Shown: positions 9,320-19,680, counted from the stretch's first letter. The stretch: DNA of 39,692 nucleotides from an uncultured archaeon (GCA_964347045.1 CAYFXC010000017.1:1-39692), one strand, 5' to 3'. A program made the numbers and translations. The notes: generated from the letters alone by a model not told the origin.

Positions 9320-9768
9320 ATGATTGGTAATTCCTGGTCGGTGAATGGAAAGATGAAAAGCAAATTAAAATCAGTTCTAGATGAAACCGGTACCGTTGAT
9401 GTTAGTGCCATATTCTCATTAGAGCTTGGGGGTAAAGCCTTTATGGGAATACATGAAGCAACCCAACGGGACAAAATCATCAATCAAAGTATGAAATACT
9501 ATTCTATGATGTTCCCAATGACACTTTTCGTCGAAAATCCTTCTTCTCCTATGGTTTTATTTACAACAAAGTAGCCTACAAATTTTCGTCACAAGAAATT
9601 CAATTCACAATGGAATCCGAACCCCTTCCACGACAATTCACAGATATGCGTTGGCGATCCTATATAACCAAAGTTTCTCCTGCCATAAACCTTCTTGGGC
9701 TAGAACAAGCAACGAACGGTAAAGATTTTCAAATCTATAACGAGGTCAAACTTGAAAAAATCTCTTAG
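9320..9768 (+). pseudogene. probable frameshifted gene of unknown function
   Basis: The ORF 9320-9574 overlaps a second frame open from about 9457 to TAG 9766-9768 (QNHQSKYEILFYDVPNDTFRRKSFFSYGF...VKLEKIS) that lacks an early start codon. Confidence 0.4.
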
Positions 9769-9862
9769 ACCAAATATGCGAATATGAAAATGCTAGACAT
9801 ACAGACTTAAGAGCAGAACCTCCTTTCCCTTTCTCTGGAAATCTACTCTTTACTCCTATGAA

Positions 9863-10675
9863 GTGAGAGAAATGTTTGTTAAACCTCCTGAAAAAGTTTC
9901 AATTGGTATGATTGGCGGAACCGGTGTGTATGATCCCAAAGTTTTCACTGATATCAAAGAATACAAAGTCTATACACCCTTCGGTGCCCCCTCAGATAAA
10001 ATCATGATTGGCTCATTGGATAAGCGGCGCGTTGCTTTCATTCCTCGACATGGTCGGGATCACAGTTATCCACCTCATTTAGTCAATTATCGGGCAAATA
10101 TCTGGGCTCTTAAATCACTTGGCGTGACACGATTGATTACAGTTTCTGCTGTTGGTAGTCTTAAAGATGAAATTAAGCCAGGAGATCTCTTCATTCCTGA
10201 TCAAGCCATTGACTGGACACGAAGTCGAAAACGTACGTTCTTTGAAGAAGGTCTTGTTGCCCATGTTTCCATGGCTGAACCCTTCTGCCCAAACCTCTCG
10301 AATTTAATCGCGAAAAAAGCAAAGGCACTGAACCTTTCTCATCATTACAAAGGAATAATTATTACCATTGAAGGGCCACAATTTTCAACAATCGCTGAAT
10401 CCCACTTCTACCGTGCTCAGGGCTTCGATATCATCGGCATGACCCTTCATCCGGAAATCTACCTAGCACGGGAAGCACAAATTTGTTTTACGAATGTTTC
10501 TATGATCACTGATTATGATGTGTATGCAGAGAAACCTGTAAGCCACGAAGAAGTTCAAAAAACCATGGGCGAAAACCTCGGCAAAGTCAAAAAACTTCTC
10601 ACCAATGTCATCCCTCAAATATCAATTAAGCAAGATAAATGCCAATGCGGTAAGGCGCTCGAGGGTGCCGTCTAA
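9863..10675 (+). CDS. mtnP: S-methyl-5'-thioadenosine phosphorylase
   Basis: IGMIGGTGVY, TPFGAPSD, FIPRHGRDH, NYRANIWALK, SAVGSL, EGPQFSTIAES, IIGMT, TDYD. Confidence 0.93.
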   Translation: MREMFVKPPEKVSIGMIGGTGVYDPKVFTDIKEYKVYTPFGAPSDKIMIGSLDKRRVAFIPRHGRDHSYPPHLVNYRANIWALKSLGVTRLITVSAVGSLKDEIKPGDLFIPDQAIDWTRSRKRTFFEEGLVAHVSMAEPFCPNLSNLIAKKAKALNLSHHYKGIIITIEGPQFSTIAESHFYRAQGFDIIGMTLHPEIYLAREAQICFTNVSMITDYDVYAEKPVSHEEVQKTMGENLGKVKKLLTNVIPQISIKQDKCQCGKALEGAV

Positions 10676-10746
10676 TGGATTAGAATTGTGAGAAAACAAT
10701 AGCGCTCTGCTCGAACCTTTTTATTCTTCTACGCCTAATCCTAAAT

Positions 10747-11745
10747 ATGAATTACAAAACCCTAGCACGTCCTGATGTATTAGAGTGGTTGCTTGAACCG
10801 TCAAATCCTAGTGTTCGATTTTGGGCGCTCCAGCTTCTTCAAGGTAAATCTCCTACTGATCCTGAGGTTCAGACAACTCAGGAGGCGATAATTCATTCTT
10901 CACCTGTGAGAGCATTTCTAGATGCCCAATCGCAAGAGGGCTATTGGGACATGTCCAATAACATCTACGCACACAAATACAAAGCTACAACCCACACTCT
11001 TCTCTTACTTGCCGAGCTTGGGGTTCCTCGCGTTTTAGAAATCGAAAAAGCCATAGAGCATCTCTTTAAATTCCTGCTTAATTCAGGTCACTTCACTACA
11101 GTTCTCCCCAAAACCTCTCGTGGCTATGCCAGCCAGATCTCAGATACCTGTTGCTTGGATGCCAACATTCTCTATTATCTTACACGATTTGGATACATTG
11201 ATGATCCACGAACCCAAAAAACAATTCAATTCCTTGTAGACCATAACGATAGAGAGGAAGGCGGGTGGAAATGCCGAGCCTATCCTATCAACCCAGATGG
11301 AGTATTCCCCCAAACCTGTTATATGGGGCTTTGCAAAGTTCTCAAATGTTTCTCGGTCTTTCCCAAATCCTTTCGTTCCAAAGTACTTGACGGAATTATC
11401 GATCAAGTCGTTGAGATTATCTTAGAAAACAAAATTTACAAATATCTTCGAAATCCTGATGGTAGCCGAAAAGAAAAAGCCGGATGGAAACGTTTCGGTT
11501 TTCCTCTCTTCTACAATTCGGATATCCTTGATGTTCTCGGCACACTGAGTCGCCTAAAAGTCAATGATTCCCGAATGCAGGATGCTATCAACATAGTCAT
11601 TGAAACACAAAAACCAGATGGAAAGTGGGTGCTTAAACATACCTTCAATGGTAAATTTTGGCAAGACATCGAAAGAAAAAACCAACCTTCAAAATGGATC
11701 ACGCTTCGTGCTCTACATGTACTCAAACATGTGATGGCTAGCTGA
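10747..11745 (+). CDS. prenyltransferase/squalene-cyclase repeat (alpha/alpha toroid) protein
   Basis: QW-like repeats (AQSQEGYW, EEGGWKC, TQKPDGKW), FGFPLFYNSDILD, PSKWITLRAL. Confidence 0.7.
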   Translation: MNYKTLARPDVLEWLLEPSNPSVRFWALQLLQGKSPTDPEVQTTQEAIIHSSPVRAFLDAQSQEGYWDMSNNIYAHKYKATTHTLLLLAELGVPRVLEIEKAIEHLFKFLLNSGHFTTVLPKTSRGYASQISDTCCLDANILYYLTRFGYIDDPRTQKTIQFLVDHNDREEGGWKCRAYPINPDGVFPQTCYMGLCKVLKCFSVFPKSFRSKVLDGIIDQVVEIILENKIYKYLRNPDGSRKEKAGWKRFGFPLFYNSDILDVLGTLSRLKVNDSRMQDAINIVIETQKPDGKWVLKHTFNGKFWQDIERKNQPSKWITLRALHVLKHVMAS

Positions 11746-11813
11746 TTTGGCTAGACACTTTTATGGAAGTGCAACCTTGTGGGCTTGTACCTGCTCTTTA
11801 GGAGCTGTATCTA

Positions 11814-12479
11814 ATGGTTGAACCGATAAAATGCCAATTCGTCGATTTTGACGAGATCTATGATATGTCCAAGAAACTAGCCTTTAAAGTTACAGACTCG
11901 GGGTACGAACCAGAACTTCTTTTAGCTATCGCACGAAGTGGTTTCGTTCCTGGGCGCTTGATGTCCGACTTCATGGGGAATTCCAATCTTCATGCCCTAA
12001 AAGTCGAACACTGGCTAGACACAACAGCTGAACATCAAGAAGATGCCATTATCCCTGTTCAATCACCTTTACCCGTCAAGGGTAAACGTGTTCTTATTAT
12101 TGATGATATCGTTGATACAGGACGGTCTGCGGTCCAGACTCTTAAATATGTCAACAACCTCGGAGCTAAAAAAGTGAAAACCGCGGTTATGCTCTATTTG
12201 ACGATTTCAGAGCATGAACCAGATTACTATTCTGTTAAACAAAGTGAGTGGGTGTGGTTTATTTGGTTCTGGAACCGATTTGAAGACTTGCGAAACCTTA
12301 CTATCAAACTTTTTGACGGCGACATGAAACGAACACTTAGCATAAAAGATATTTTAGCTGGATTGAAACAGCATTTCACATTGGAAGTTGATCAAAAGGA
12401 ACTTGAACAAGTACTAAACACAGCAAGCCGTATAGGAAAACTACACGTGGATGATTTAGACAACATTCAACTTGTTTAA
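11814..12479 (+). CDS. purine phosphoribosyltransferase
   Basis: AIARSGFVPGRLMSD and PRPP-binding loop VLIIDDIVDTGRSA. Confidence 0.88.
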   Translation: MVEPIKCQFVDFDEIYDMSKKLAFKVTDSGYEPELLLAIARSGFVPGRLMSDFMGNSNLHALKVEHWLDTTAEHQEDAIIPVQSPLPVKGKRVLIIDDIVDTGRSAVQTLKYVNNLGAKKVKTAVMLYLTISEHEPDYYSVKQSEWVWFIWFWNRFEDLRNLTIKLFDGDMKRTLSIKDILAGLKQHFTLEVDQKELEQVLNTASRIGKLHVDDLDNIQLV

Positions 12480-12525
12480 CCCGGCCTTTTTTCCATCAGC
12501 TAATTTTCCAAAATGCTTTACAGGA

Positions 12526-13479
12526 TTATACGAAGCCAATTCCAAGTAAAAATAAAAACAGTCCAATAGCTACAAAGGCTCCAATAAGACAAGAAACAAG
12601 ATTAACCATATGATTATCAAGAAACCGATTACCCCGAAGATATGCTGACTGTTCCCCACAATGAGTCTTTTTCTCGGTTTGTTTCCCACACACATTGCAT
12701 GACCAATGTCCTTGAATCGTCGCCCCCAACAAACTGTCAATAGTACAACCAATAATACCCCCTACCATGGCAACGAGCATAAACGTAACAGGTGCGATGC
12801 CTGCTAGTTCAGGCATCAATGTGGTTCCAAACACATTGATCCAGAACGGTGCCGCAAGAATTGCTGCCAATCCACCGATAAGCAATGTTCCTAATACTGT
12901 AGCAAGTTCTCCTGCCACGGAGACACCTCCAGAGGTTCCAGGTGGAACAACTTTTCTGGGGTTCGATATTAAACGGGGCGGCAGTGGATTCAGTAATCCA
13001 ATTTCAGTGGCCAATGTATCAGCGGTTGCTGTTGCTACTGCACCCAAAAATGCAACAAAGGCAACAGCAATTACTAACGATGCCGGAATCACCATAGGGC
13101 CAAAACCAACCTCAACACGCCCATAGGCGTCTATCTGACCAAAAAACAAAATTGTCAAAACACCAAAGAGCACAATGCTCAAAGGCAATCCGCCGTTCGC
13201 AAGAACATGAGACCAATCCCGTGCACCTCCCTTCTCCTGTGCCGCACCATGCTGCCGTTTCGTCTTATATTTATAATGGGTAAACTGGGCGGTCACAACA
13301 AAAAAGATGAGTAGAATAAAAAACCATGTCCATGAAGTTAGCAGCCATACAGTAATGCCTAGAAAGAAAGCTGTAACAAGACCTGATTTAGTGACTATTC
13401 TTCCTTTATACGCAATCAGTGCCAGAATGCCCATAACGAAAAAGACAATTAGTACACTCAATGGATCAAGCGGTAACAT
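12526..13479 (-). CDS. DUF92 (TMEM19-like) integral membrane protein
   Basis: EKGGARDWSHVLANGG, ATADTLATEIG, VPPGTSGGVS, IDSLLGATIQ, LDNHMVN. Confidence 0.9.
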   Translation of the reverse strand: MLPLDPLSVLIVFFVMGILALIAYKGRIVTKSGLVTAFFLGITVWLLTSWTWFFILLIFFVVTAQFTHYKYKTKRQHGAAQEKGGARDWSHVLANGGLPLSIVLFGVLTILFFGQIDAYGRVEVGFGPMVIPASLVIAVAFVAFLGAVATATADTLATEIGLLNPLPPRLISNPRKVVPPGTSGGVSVAGELATVLGTLLIGGLAAILAAPFWINVFGTTLMPELAGIAPVTFMLVAMVGGIIGCTIDSLLGATIQGHWSCNVCGKQTEKKTHCGEQSAYLRGNRFLDNHMVNLVSCLIGAFVAIGLFLFLLGIGFV

Positions 13480-13715
13480 GGGAATTCATCTCAGAGGGTA
13501 TTATCAAATAAATTCTAGATATAGGATTTCTCAGGGAATAGATCGACATAGATTGTGTTCTTTTGCCGAGCTGAGTTCAATTCAGTTATAAACCTTGCCG
13601 TTAGATACTGGAAAAAATCGTTAGGTGTCGAAGGAAACTTAGAGCTTCGGCAGCTTCCTCAACTGCCTATTCTTGTTTGTTTTGAGTTTGTTCTGAATTT
13701 AGTTTATATTTATCA

Positions 13716-14639
13716 TTAAAGGGATTCAGGAAAATCTGATTCACGGCGAAGACTAACTTCTCGAGCAAGAAAAATCGTTGCAACAATGACAATTACAGCT
13801 CCAATAAATTGCCACAGAGAAGGGGGAATCCGGAAGATCACGCCATAAAGGATGAATGTGACGAGTGGGGCAGGCGCAATCAACGCGGTTGCCTTTGCGA
13901 GGTTAATTCGGCTAATTCCTTCGTACCATAGGCTATGGGCGAGTAAAATAACGATTGCTTCGACAAGGATTACACCGTAAATAAGAAACAAGTTGGAAGT
14001 GTAAAGAATTGGTACTCCTAGAAAAATCACACCTAATGCTAGAAGTGATAGTAAAGATCCACCGACAAGATTTCGATAAGCCACTGCTGTCCATGAAGAT
14101 ACACGCTGTAAAGTGGGTTTGGCAAAGGTGTGCCCTGCTGCCCAAGCAATCGGAGTTATCAGGAGTAATATATCACCAATTCCTAAAGCGGTTAATTGAT
14201 TGGTTACAACGACTAACAAAACTCCAAAAACCATTAAAGCCATCCAGACCAATTGGCGTGCTGAGATTGTCTCGTTCAGAAATAGATAGCTAAAAACCAA
14301 AGCAAAAACGAGTTCAGACCGAAGAATAATTGCTGCATTATTTGCACTTGAAAATTGCAATCCGATAAACAGGCAAGTGAAAGCCAGAAAGGTGCCTAGA
14401 ACACCTGCCATAATTAATCGAAGTATATCCGCACGAGAAATATCACGGTTTATTGATGCCGTGGATTTTCGTGTGAAGATCAATGCTATGAATCCTGCGA
14501 TGAACGCCGCAATGGATGCAAACAAAAGAGGAGTAACAAGTAATCCTCCAAACTCCACTACTACCGGATGAATTCCATAGACAAAAAGACCGATGAGAAT
14601 GAAAATAGTGCCAACGTTTTCCTTGTCCATTTCATTCAC
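13716..14639 (-). CDS. EamA/DMT family transporter
   Basis: About 10 TM segments in two repeats; SSANNAAII and FLNETIS motifs. Confidence 0.88.
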   Translation of the reverse strand: MNEMDKENVGTIFILIGLFVYGIHPVVVEFGGLLVTPLLFASIAAFIAGFIALIFTRKSTASINRDISRADILRLIMAGVLGTFLAFTCLFIGLQFSSANNAAIILRSELVFALVFSYLFLNETISARQLVWMALMVFGVLLVVVTNQLTALGIGDILLLITPIAWAAGHTFAKPTLQRVSSWTAVAYRNLVGGSLLSLLALGVIFLGVPILYTSNLFLIYGVILVEAIVILLAHSLWYEGISRINLAKATALIAPAPLVTFILYGVIFRIPPSLWQFIGAVIVIVATIFLAREVSLRRESDFPESL

Positions 14640-14743
14640 TTTCTTGAAGAAAACTCACTGGCGCTACTGATACATATATATGGTGTCCTGTCTCTGAGTA
14701 GAGCCGCCCAATCCACCTTTCCTCTTGTTTGGAGTTCCTATGA

Positions 14744-15286
14744 ATGAGCGATTTCCCAATTGAAATGGAAGTGCTAAGTCGAATCAAAGCGAAAGCAAAA
14801 AAGAATGGATGCACCGAGAAAGAAGTCATCCAAGCATACATCCGAAGAATGAACAAAGAAAATCAAGAGAAATTCCAGAAAATCCCACCGAAGGAACGCA
14901 TTGTTTTTGTTCCACAGTGTCTTCGTGAGTCCAATTGTAAAGCTCCTCTAGGTGAACTTGGTTACGTCTGCCAACACTGCAACATTGAATGTCAAGTTCA
15001 CCAAATTACTGAAGCCGCAGAAAAACTCGGCTACAAAGGTATTTATATTCTTCCAGGCGGCACTATGGTTCAAAAGATTATCGACTTCAGCCAACCTCAC
15101 GCCATCCTCGGAATTGCCTGTGAAAAAGAAGCTCTCCTCGGTGGACTTCTTCTCCAAAAACTAGGTATTATTGGTCGTGCCATTCTTCTTTTTCGCGATG
15201 GTTGTGTTAGCACCTTAGTCAAAGTTGCTGATGTTCTGAAAATTCTTGGGCTTAATCTAAATCGCCGAAAATACACAAAATCCTAA
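14744..15286 (+). CDS. DUF116 domain protein
   Basis: ERIVFVPQCLRESNCKA..GYVCQHCNIEC, ILPGG, GIACEKE, DGCVST. Confidence 0.85.
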   Translation: MSDFPIEMEVLSRIKAKAKKNGCTEKEVIQAYIRRMNKENQEKFQKIPPKERIVFVPQCLRESNCKAPLGELGYVCQHCNIECQVHQITEAAEKLGYKGIYILPGGTMVQKIIDFSQPHAILGIACEKEALLGGLLLQKLGIIGRAILLFRDGCVSTLVKVADVLKILGLNLNRRKYTKS

Positions 15287-15332
15287 TTCTGAGTTCAAGT
15301 AAAAAGAATAAACCAATATCTGTCATTTCAGA

Positions 15333-15740
15333 TTATTCTTTCCAAGCTTTCTTTGGGACCCATTCATACATTTCATCAGCTGCATTCAGCACCTGACGAA
15401 TATACCGTGAAAGTTCTTCTGTGGTAATCTCAGTGTCGGCTGTCTCCACAACGACAGCTAAATCTCCATCTGGGTCTAAACAGAATTTTGTCCCATTATA
15501 GTTCCACGCCTCTTGGAGTAGCATCCTATAGAATTCACTTTTTTGCTTACTAGAGAGCTTGGGGAATTTGCGCCAACCTACAATGGTTAGCCAGATATCA
15601 TTTGGGCTGAAAATAAAGTTTACAACGAGATTTTCCCATTTATCGGTCTTCCAAAGTGCGACGACTGTTTCGTCTTTAAGTTCATATCTGACGTCAAGTT
15701 CATCGAGGAGTTGTGTGATTTCGGTTATGCGTTTTCCCAT
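15333..15740 (-). CDS. YbjN / T3SS-chaperone-like domain protein
   Basis: 135 aa with the FYRMLLQEAWNYNGTKFCLDPDGDLAV pattern typical of the YbjN/CesT fold. Confidence 0.6.
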   Translation of the reverse strand: MGKRITEITQLLDELDVRYELKDETVVALWKTDKWENLVVNFIFSPNDIWLTIVGWRKFPKLSSKQKSEFYRMLLQEAWNYNGTKFCLDPDGDLAVVVETADTEITTEELSRYIRQVLNAADEMYEWVPKKAWKE

Positions 15741-15927
15741 TGTTGTAACCTCGAATTATATTCGGTGTGTTCGTCCCTCTTGATGTAACGGTAGAAAAAC
15801 CTTTTCAAGAGACGCCTTTAGGTGTCAATAGATGCTGCAATTTCGTAACGTAGAACGGGTTTAAAAGGATAAACACTGGGTATTAGCGCACATTTGATGA
15901 GAGCATTTTTTCTCTGATGCTTGTTAA

Positions 15928-16524
15928 ATGCAAGGTGATTATATGCACAAACGAAACATCGCGGCTCTATTCTTTTCAGGAATAGGAGGCATAATTCTCA
16001 TTCTAACAGGTTACTATGGAACCTCAACAGGGTTCTGGGGGTGGGCAATCCAAATCGCTATCAGTATTAGCCCCAATCAACTTATAGCCGACATTCTGAT
16101 TATCGCCCTTTCGATTCTAGCCTTTCTCTCATTTTTGGGTGGATGGACCGTCATCCTGGGGTGCCTTCTGTTGATATTAGGTCGCCATCGGACCGCTGTC
16201 CAGATGATTGGTATTGGCGCTGGAATGAGTCTCTTGGGTCTCATCTGGAATCTAGCCGAGATGTATCTCCTTGGAACCCTTGACCTTGCGACATTTATGA
16301 ACAAATATCAAGGCTTTGCTTGGGTGGGGGTAATCTTCACCATCATTGGTCGAGAATTAATTCGCTATGGAAAAGATGTACCTGAGGAAAAGCCAATACA
16401 AGAACCTAAAGTGGACGAAGATCTTAAAGAAATTCATGATGACTCCACAGCATCAGTAATCACAAATGATGAAGGTGATGAAAATTTCACTGGAGGGTCC
16501 GATTCACAAACGGACGAGATATGA
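15928..16524 (+). CDS. membrane protein with acidic C-terminal tail
   Basis: Several Gly-rich TM segments; ggtga RBS favours an ATG 15943 start. Confidence 0.7.
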   Translation: MQGDYMHKRNIAALFFSGIGGIILILTGYYGTSTGFWGWAIQIAISISPNQLIADILIIALSILAFLSFLGGWTVILGCLLLILGRHRTAVQMIGIGAGMSLLGLIWNLAEMYLLGTLDLATFMNKYQGFAWVGVIFTIIGRELIRYGKDVPEEKPIQEPKVDEDLKEIHDDSTASVITNDEGDENFTGGSDSQTDEI

Positions 16525-16786
16525 TATTTACGCAATGCTCATTCGAATCATCGTTATTCATGGTTATTGCCCCCTTACCCGTGCAGCTCGGTCAACAAAC
16601 TTACCTGTGGATAGGGCAAAGAACATACTTGAATTCTTAGAAGAACGTGGGTTAGTCGAAGTTGTCGAAGAGGAAAAACGCCGCCTTTTCAGAGTTACAA
16701 CCCGTGGACGTCAGTATCTAGAAATGTACAAACGGATGATAGGATTTGTAGGAATGCCGATGCAAGAACCCGTCACGCCATTTTAG
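16466..16786 (+). CDS. winged-helix transcriptional regulator
   Basis: KRTRYDIYAMLI...TRAARSTNL...LEFLEERGLV...FRVTTRGRQYL, an archaeal wHTH pattern. Confidence 0.8.
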   Translation: MMKVMKISLEGPIHKRTRYDIYAMLIRIIVIHGYCPLTRAARSTNLPVDRAKNILEFLEERGLVEVVEEEKRRLFRVTTRGRQYLEMYKRMIGFVGMPMQEPVTPF

Positions 16787-16804
16787 CATGAGAGGAGTGA
16801 ACCC

Positions 16805-17761
16805 ATGACAAACGGAACAACCAACTATGATGTAATAGTAGTCGGCGGCGGACCGGCTGGAATCGCTGCTGCGATGCATCTGGGATTTCACCAACGTGAA
16901 GTTCTCGTCGTAGATCGAAAGACTTCTCCGATGCAATTTGCTAATACTCCCATTCACAATTATCCCGGTGTTCAACCACTAAAGGCTAGTAACGATATCC
17001 TACGGAAACTACGAAAGGAACTCAGTGAATTCAACGTAAAAACCCTCTTCGGAAATGTCATAAGCATTCAAGGTCAAACTCCCTCGTTTCAAGTGCAAAT
17101 CAAAACTTCCAAATCTACACCTCTTCTTTTTAATGCCAAAACAATCGTCTTGGCAACCGGTATTGCCCGGAAACACCCCAAAGTCGATGGCGACTGGAAA
17201 AAATGGCTCCCATTTGCAGCAAAAGATCATATGAGCTATTACTGCCCTGATTGTGATAGCCCGCAAACTTATGGAAAAGACATATTAATAGTAAATGCTG
17301 GAACCGCAAATAGCGCATTGCATGTTGCTCGAAGCATCCAACCTTTTGCAAAGCGTATTCGCATTTTTATGACCGAAGATGGATACGCTCCTTTCACTAA
17401 AGAAGCGGAATCTATTCTGAATCAATCTGGGTTTGAATGGACCCATGGGCTCATTAAAGAAATTAAGATATTGGAACCTGGAAAACGTCAGCAACTTCTT
17501 AGTACCGACGGACAAATTTTCGAGTGTAATACTTTTTTTGTTTCATGGATTGGAGTTCCCCGTAGCGATTTAGCAGTATCAATGGGAATCGAAGTAGATA
17601 ATCGAGGAAGTATAATCACCGACCATCGTGGGGCTACCAATGTTGAAGGTGTATGGGCCGCGGGAGACGTCCGACCCATAACCCAATCAATTGCTACTGC
17701 CGTGGGAACTGGGGTCTATGCTGGGATTATGATTGCCCACTATCTACTGAATCTTGATTGA
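16805..17761 (+). CDS. thioredoxin reductase-like FAD-dependent disulfide oxidoreductase
   Basis: VVGGGPAG, NYPG, LATG, SYYCPDCD (CxxC), TNVEGVWAAGDV; gaggag RBS. Confidence 0.85.
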   Translation: MTNGTTNYDVIVVGGGPAGIAAAMHLGFHQREVLVVDRKTSPMQFANTPIHNYPGVQPLKASNDILRKLRKELSEFNVKTLFGNVISIQGQTPSFQVQIKTSKSTPLLFNAKTIVLATGIARKHPKVDGDWKKWLPFAAKDHMSYYCPDCDSPQTYGKDILIVNAGTANSALHVARSIQPFAKRIRIFMTEDGYAPFTKEAESILNQSGFEWTHGLIKEIKILEPGKRQQLLSTDGQIFECNTFFVSWIGVPRSDLAVSMGIEVDNRGSIITDHRGATNVEGVWAAGDVRPITQSIATAVGTGVYAGIMIAHYLLNLD

Positions 17762-18019
17762 TGTAACCGCTTGAATAATTAAAAACGTATACTAGATAGC
17801 GATAATTCAATCACTTCTCAATTCACTGAATAAACTCGCTGGTTTCAATTCTAAAATTGTAAAAGTTTTAGATAATTCTTTAATCGGAATAAGGGAGAGA
17901 AAAGTGAAGCAAACTTTATTATTTTAGGCACAATTTCTCACCATGAGAATGAAATCAATAGACTTGCTAGGTTAACCTCTGATATGTCTTCGTATAACCA
18001 CTCTTCAATTTAGTCTTGC

Positions 18020-18064
18020 ATCGAAGAAATACATGTATGAGAAATCGAAGAAATTCATGTATGA
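18020..18064. repeat. tandem 21-bp direct repeat (24-bp period)
   Basis: ATCGAAGAAATACATGTATGA (18020-18040) and ATCGAAGAAATTCATGTATGA (18044-18064), one mismatch. Confidence 0.8.
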
Positions 18065-18204
18065 TGATTAAAAAACCTTAAGGGAAGACTGGCTACAGCT
18101 ATCGCTTTTCTGTTTGTTTTGTAATCTAATTTTTCCGATAAACTTTTAGAAATCTTATCTATTCAGATAAAATTTAGAAGTTGTTTAAAAATCGGTGAAA
18201 CAAT

Positions 18205-18438
18205 TTGCCATTTCGGGTAACTATCATCGATCGGCAGGAATGCATTATTTGCTGTAACTGCCATACATACTGCCCAGAAGTTTTCGAACTCAGCCCCGAA
18301 GATGGACTAGCACAAATCAAAGAGGAATTCCAAACTTCAACCCATGAGCTAGGGGAAGGAATAGTACCTGACAATCTGGAAGATTGTGTTAAAACCGCAG
18401 AAGAACTTTGCCCGGTAGAAATCATTGAAGTAAAATGA
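18205..18438 (+). CDS. single-cluster ferredoxin
   Basis: ECIICCNCHTYCPEVFEL...AEELCPVEII; TTG start after a ggtga RBS. Confidence 0.9.
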   Translation: MPFRVTIIDRQECIICCNCHTYCPEVFELSPEDGLAQIKEEFQTSTHELGEGIVPDNLEDCVKTAEELCPVEIIEVK

Positions 18439-18690
18439 GGAATCACCCAAATTCACGCATATTCCACCGAGGGTGTCACGTTCAATTAATACAAACTGTT
18501 TTCCGAGTTCTGATGCCTTTACCGCTGCATCTCCCCAAGAACGAGGTTAGCTAAGCATTCAAGGCACATAAATCCTCGGTTTTTCTGTCTTTGAGAAGAA
18601 TCCGCATCCAAATGAAAAAAGGTTCAGTAAGGCTAGATTTTGCTGTTAAAAGATTTTTAAGGTCTGAACCATGTTTTTCTTCTTGGTAGA

Positions 18691-19194
18691 ATGAGGATGG
18701 AAATTCATGTGGGGTACGATTTTGAGGTATTCAAACAGTACTATGAGGCCTTATGGGGCAAACTTGGTGAAACGGAAAAGGACTACATAAAACAGGATCC
18801 ATCGCAGCTCATCGTCATGACAGAGGAAAATACAATTATTGGGGATATTATTTGGCACAAATCCAGCACAAGAGAACATAAACCGGGAAATCCCCGAGAT
18901 GTGGAAGACACAGAAATCCTCTTGAAGCTTTTAGGAAAACATTGTGAGTTTATTGAATTGCATGAACTCTGGTTGATGAAAGAGCATAGAGAAAGGGGGT
19001 ATGGAAAGAAACTCTTTGATTTTTTTGAAGCGTTCATGCGAAAGCGGGGATTTAAGACTGTAATATATTATGCCTATCACCCTGCGGCAATTGCAATCTG
19101 TCGAAACCGAGGATACGATGAAGCTTGTTGTATAGAACTGCAAAGTATAGAAGGTTCTCATGAAAAAATGCACGTATTTTTCATTTCATTATAG
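18691..19194 (+). CDS. GNAT family N-acetyltransferase
   Basis: ELHELWLMKEHRERGYGKKL acetyl-CoA motif A; AIAICRNRGY. Confidence 0.8.
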   Translation: MRMEIHVGYDFEVFKQYYEALWGKLGETEKDYIKQDPSQLIVMTEENTIIGDIIWHKSSTREHKPGNPRDVEDTEILLKLLGKHCEFIELHELWLMKEHRERGYGKKLFDFFEAFMRKRGFKTVIYYAYHPAAIAICRNRGYDEACCIELQSIEGSHEKMHVFFISL

Positions 19195-19275
19195 GCAACA
19201 GGTTACTATGTGAAATACTAATTCAACATAAGGATCACAATAAGTCGAGGAATCGGATGGTACTGGGTCATGGTA

Positions 19276-19530
19276 TTAGTGATAGTTCTCCCCTTCGCCA
19301 CATAATGTGAGCGTTACCTGATTCTGTGAGTAAAAGGCGTCAGTTAAACCAACTTTTCGAAAATCATCAAAGCTCGGAGGTCTACGGTCTTTCCATGGAC
19401 TTTCAGTTTCCAGTTGTGCAGCGAGCCGAAATAGTGTAGCTTCGTCACCAAAAGGGCCAAGAAACTGTGTTCCTATTGGGAGTCCTTTGGTGTTCCAATA
19501 AAGTGGAACGGACATCGCCGGGATTCCAGA
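19276..19530 (-). pseudogene. amidase (amidase-signature family) C-terminal remnant
   Basis: [46 protein letters not shown] matches the amidase C-terminus; the rest of the gene is absent upstream. Confidence 0.8.
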
Positions 19531-19557
19531 TTTTTACACAACGAGAGTATGGTTATG

Positions 19558-19575
19558 TTATGTGACCCCAACTTG
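19558..19575 (+). repeat. 18-bp direct repeat, left copy
   Basis: TTATGTGACCCCAACTTG; the second copy at 20266-20283 differs at one position. Confidence 0.75.
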
Positions 19576-19680
19576 GAGATTTACTCACATGTTAATAGCT
19601 AGTCGGCTCGCTGATTAACCCCGATTGAAGGGGAGTATCTTTGATAATGATAAGTTTTGACCGTGTTCACAGAAGCCTTT

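Noticed and set aside
18020-18064. Mini-CRISPR interpretation of the tandem repeat
   Set aside because: Only two copies with a 3-bp gap, no spacers and no cas genes.
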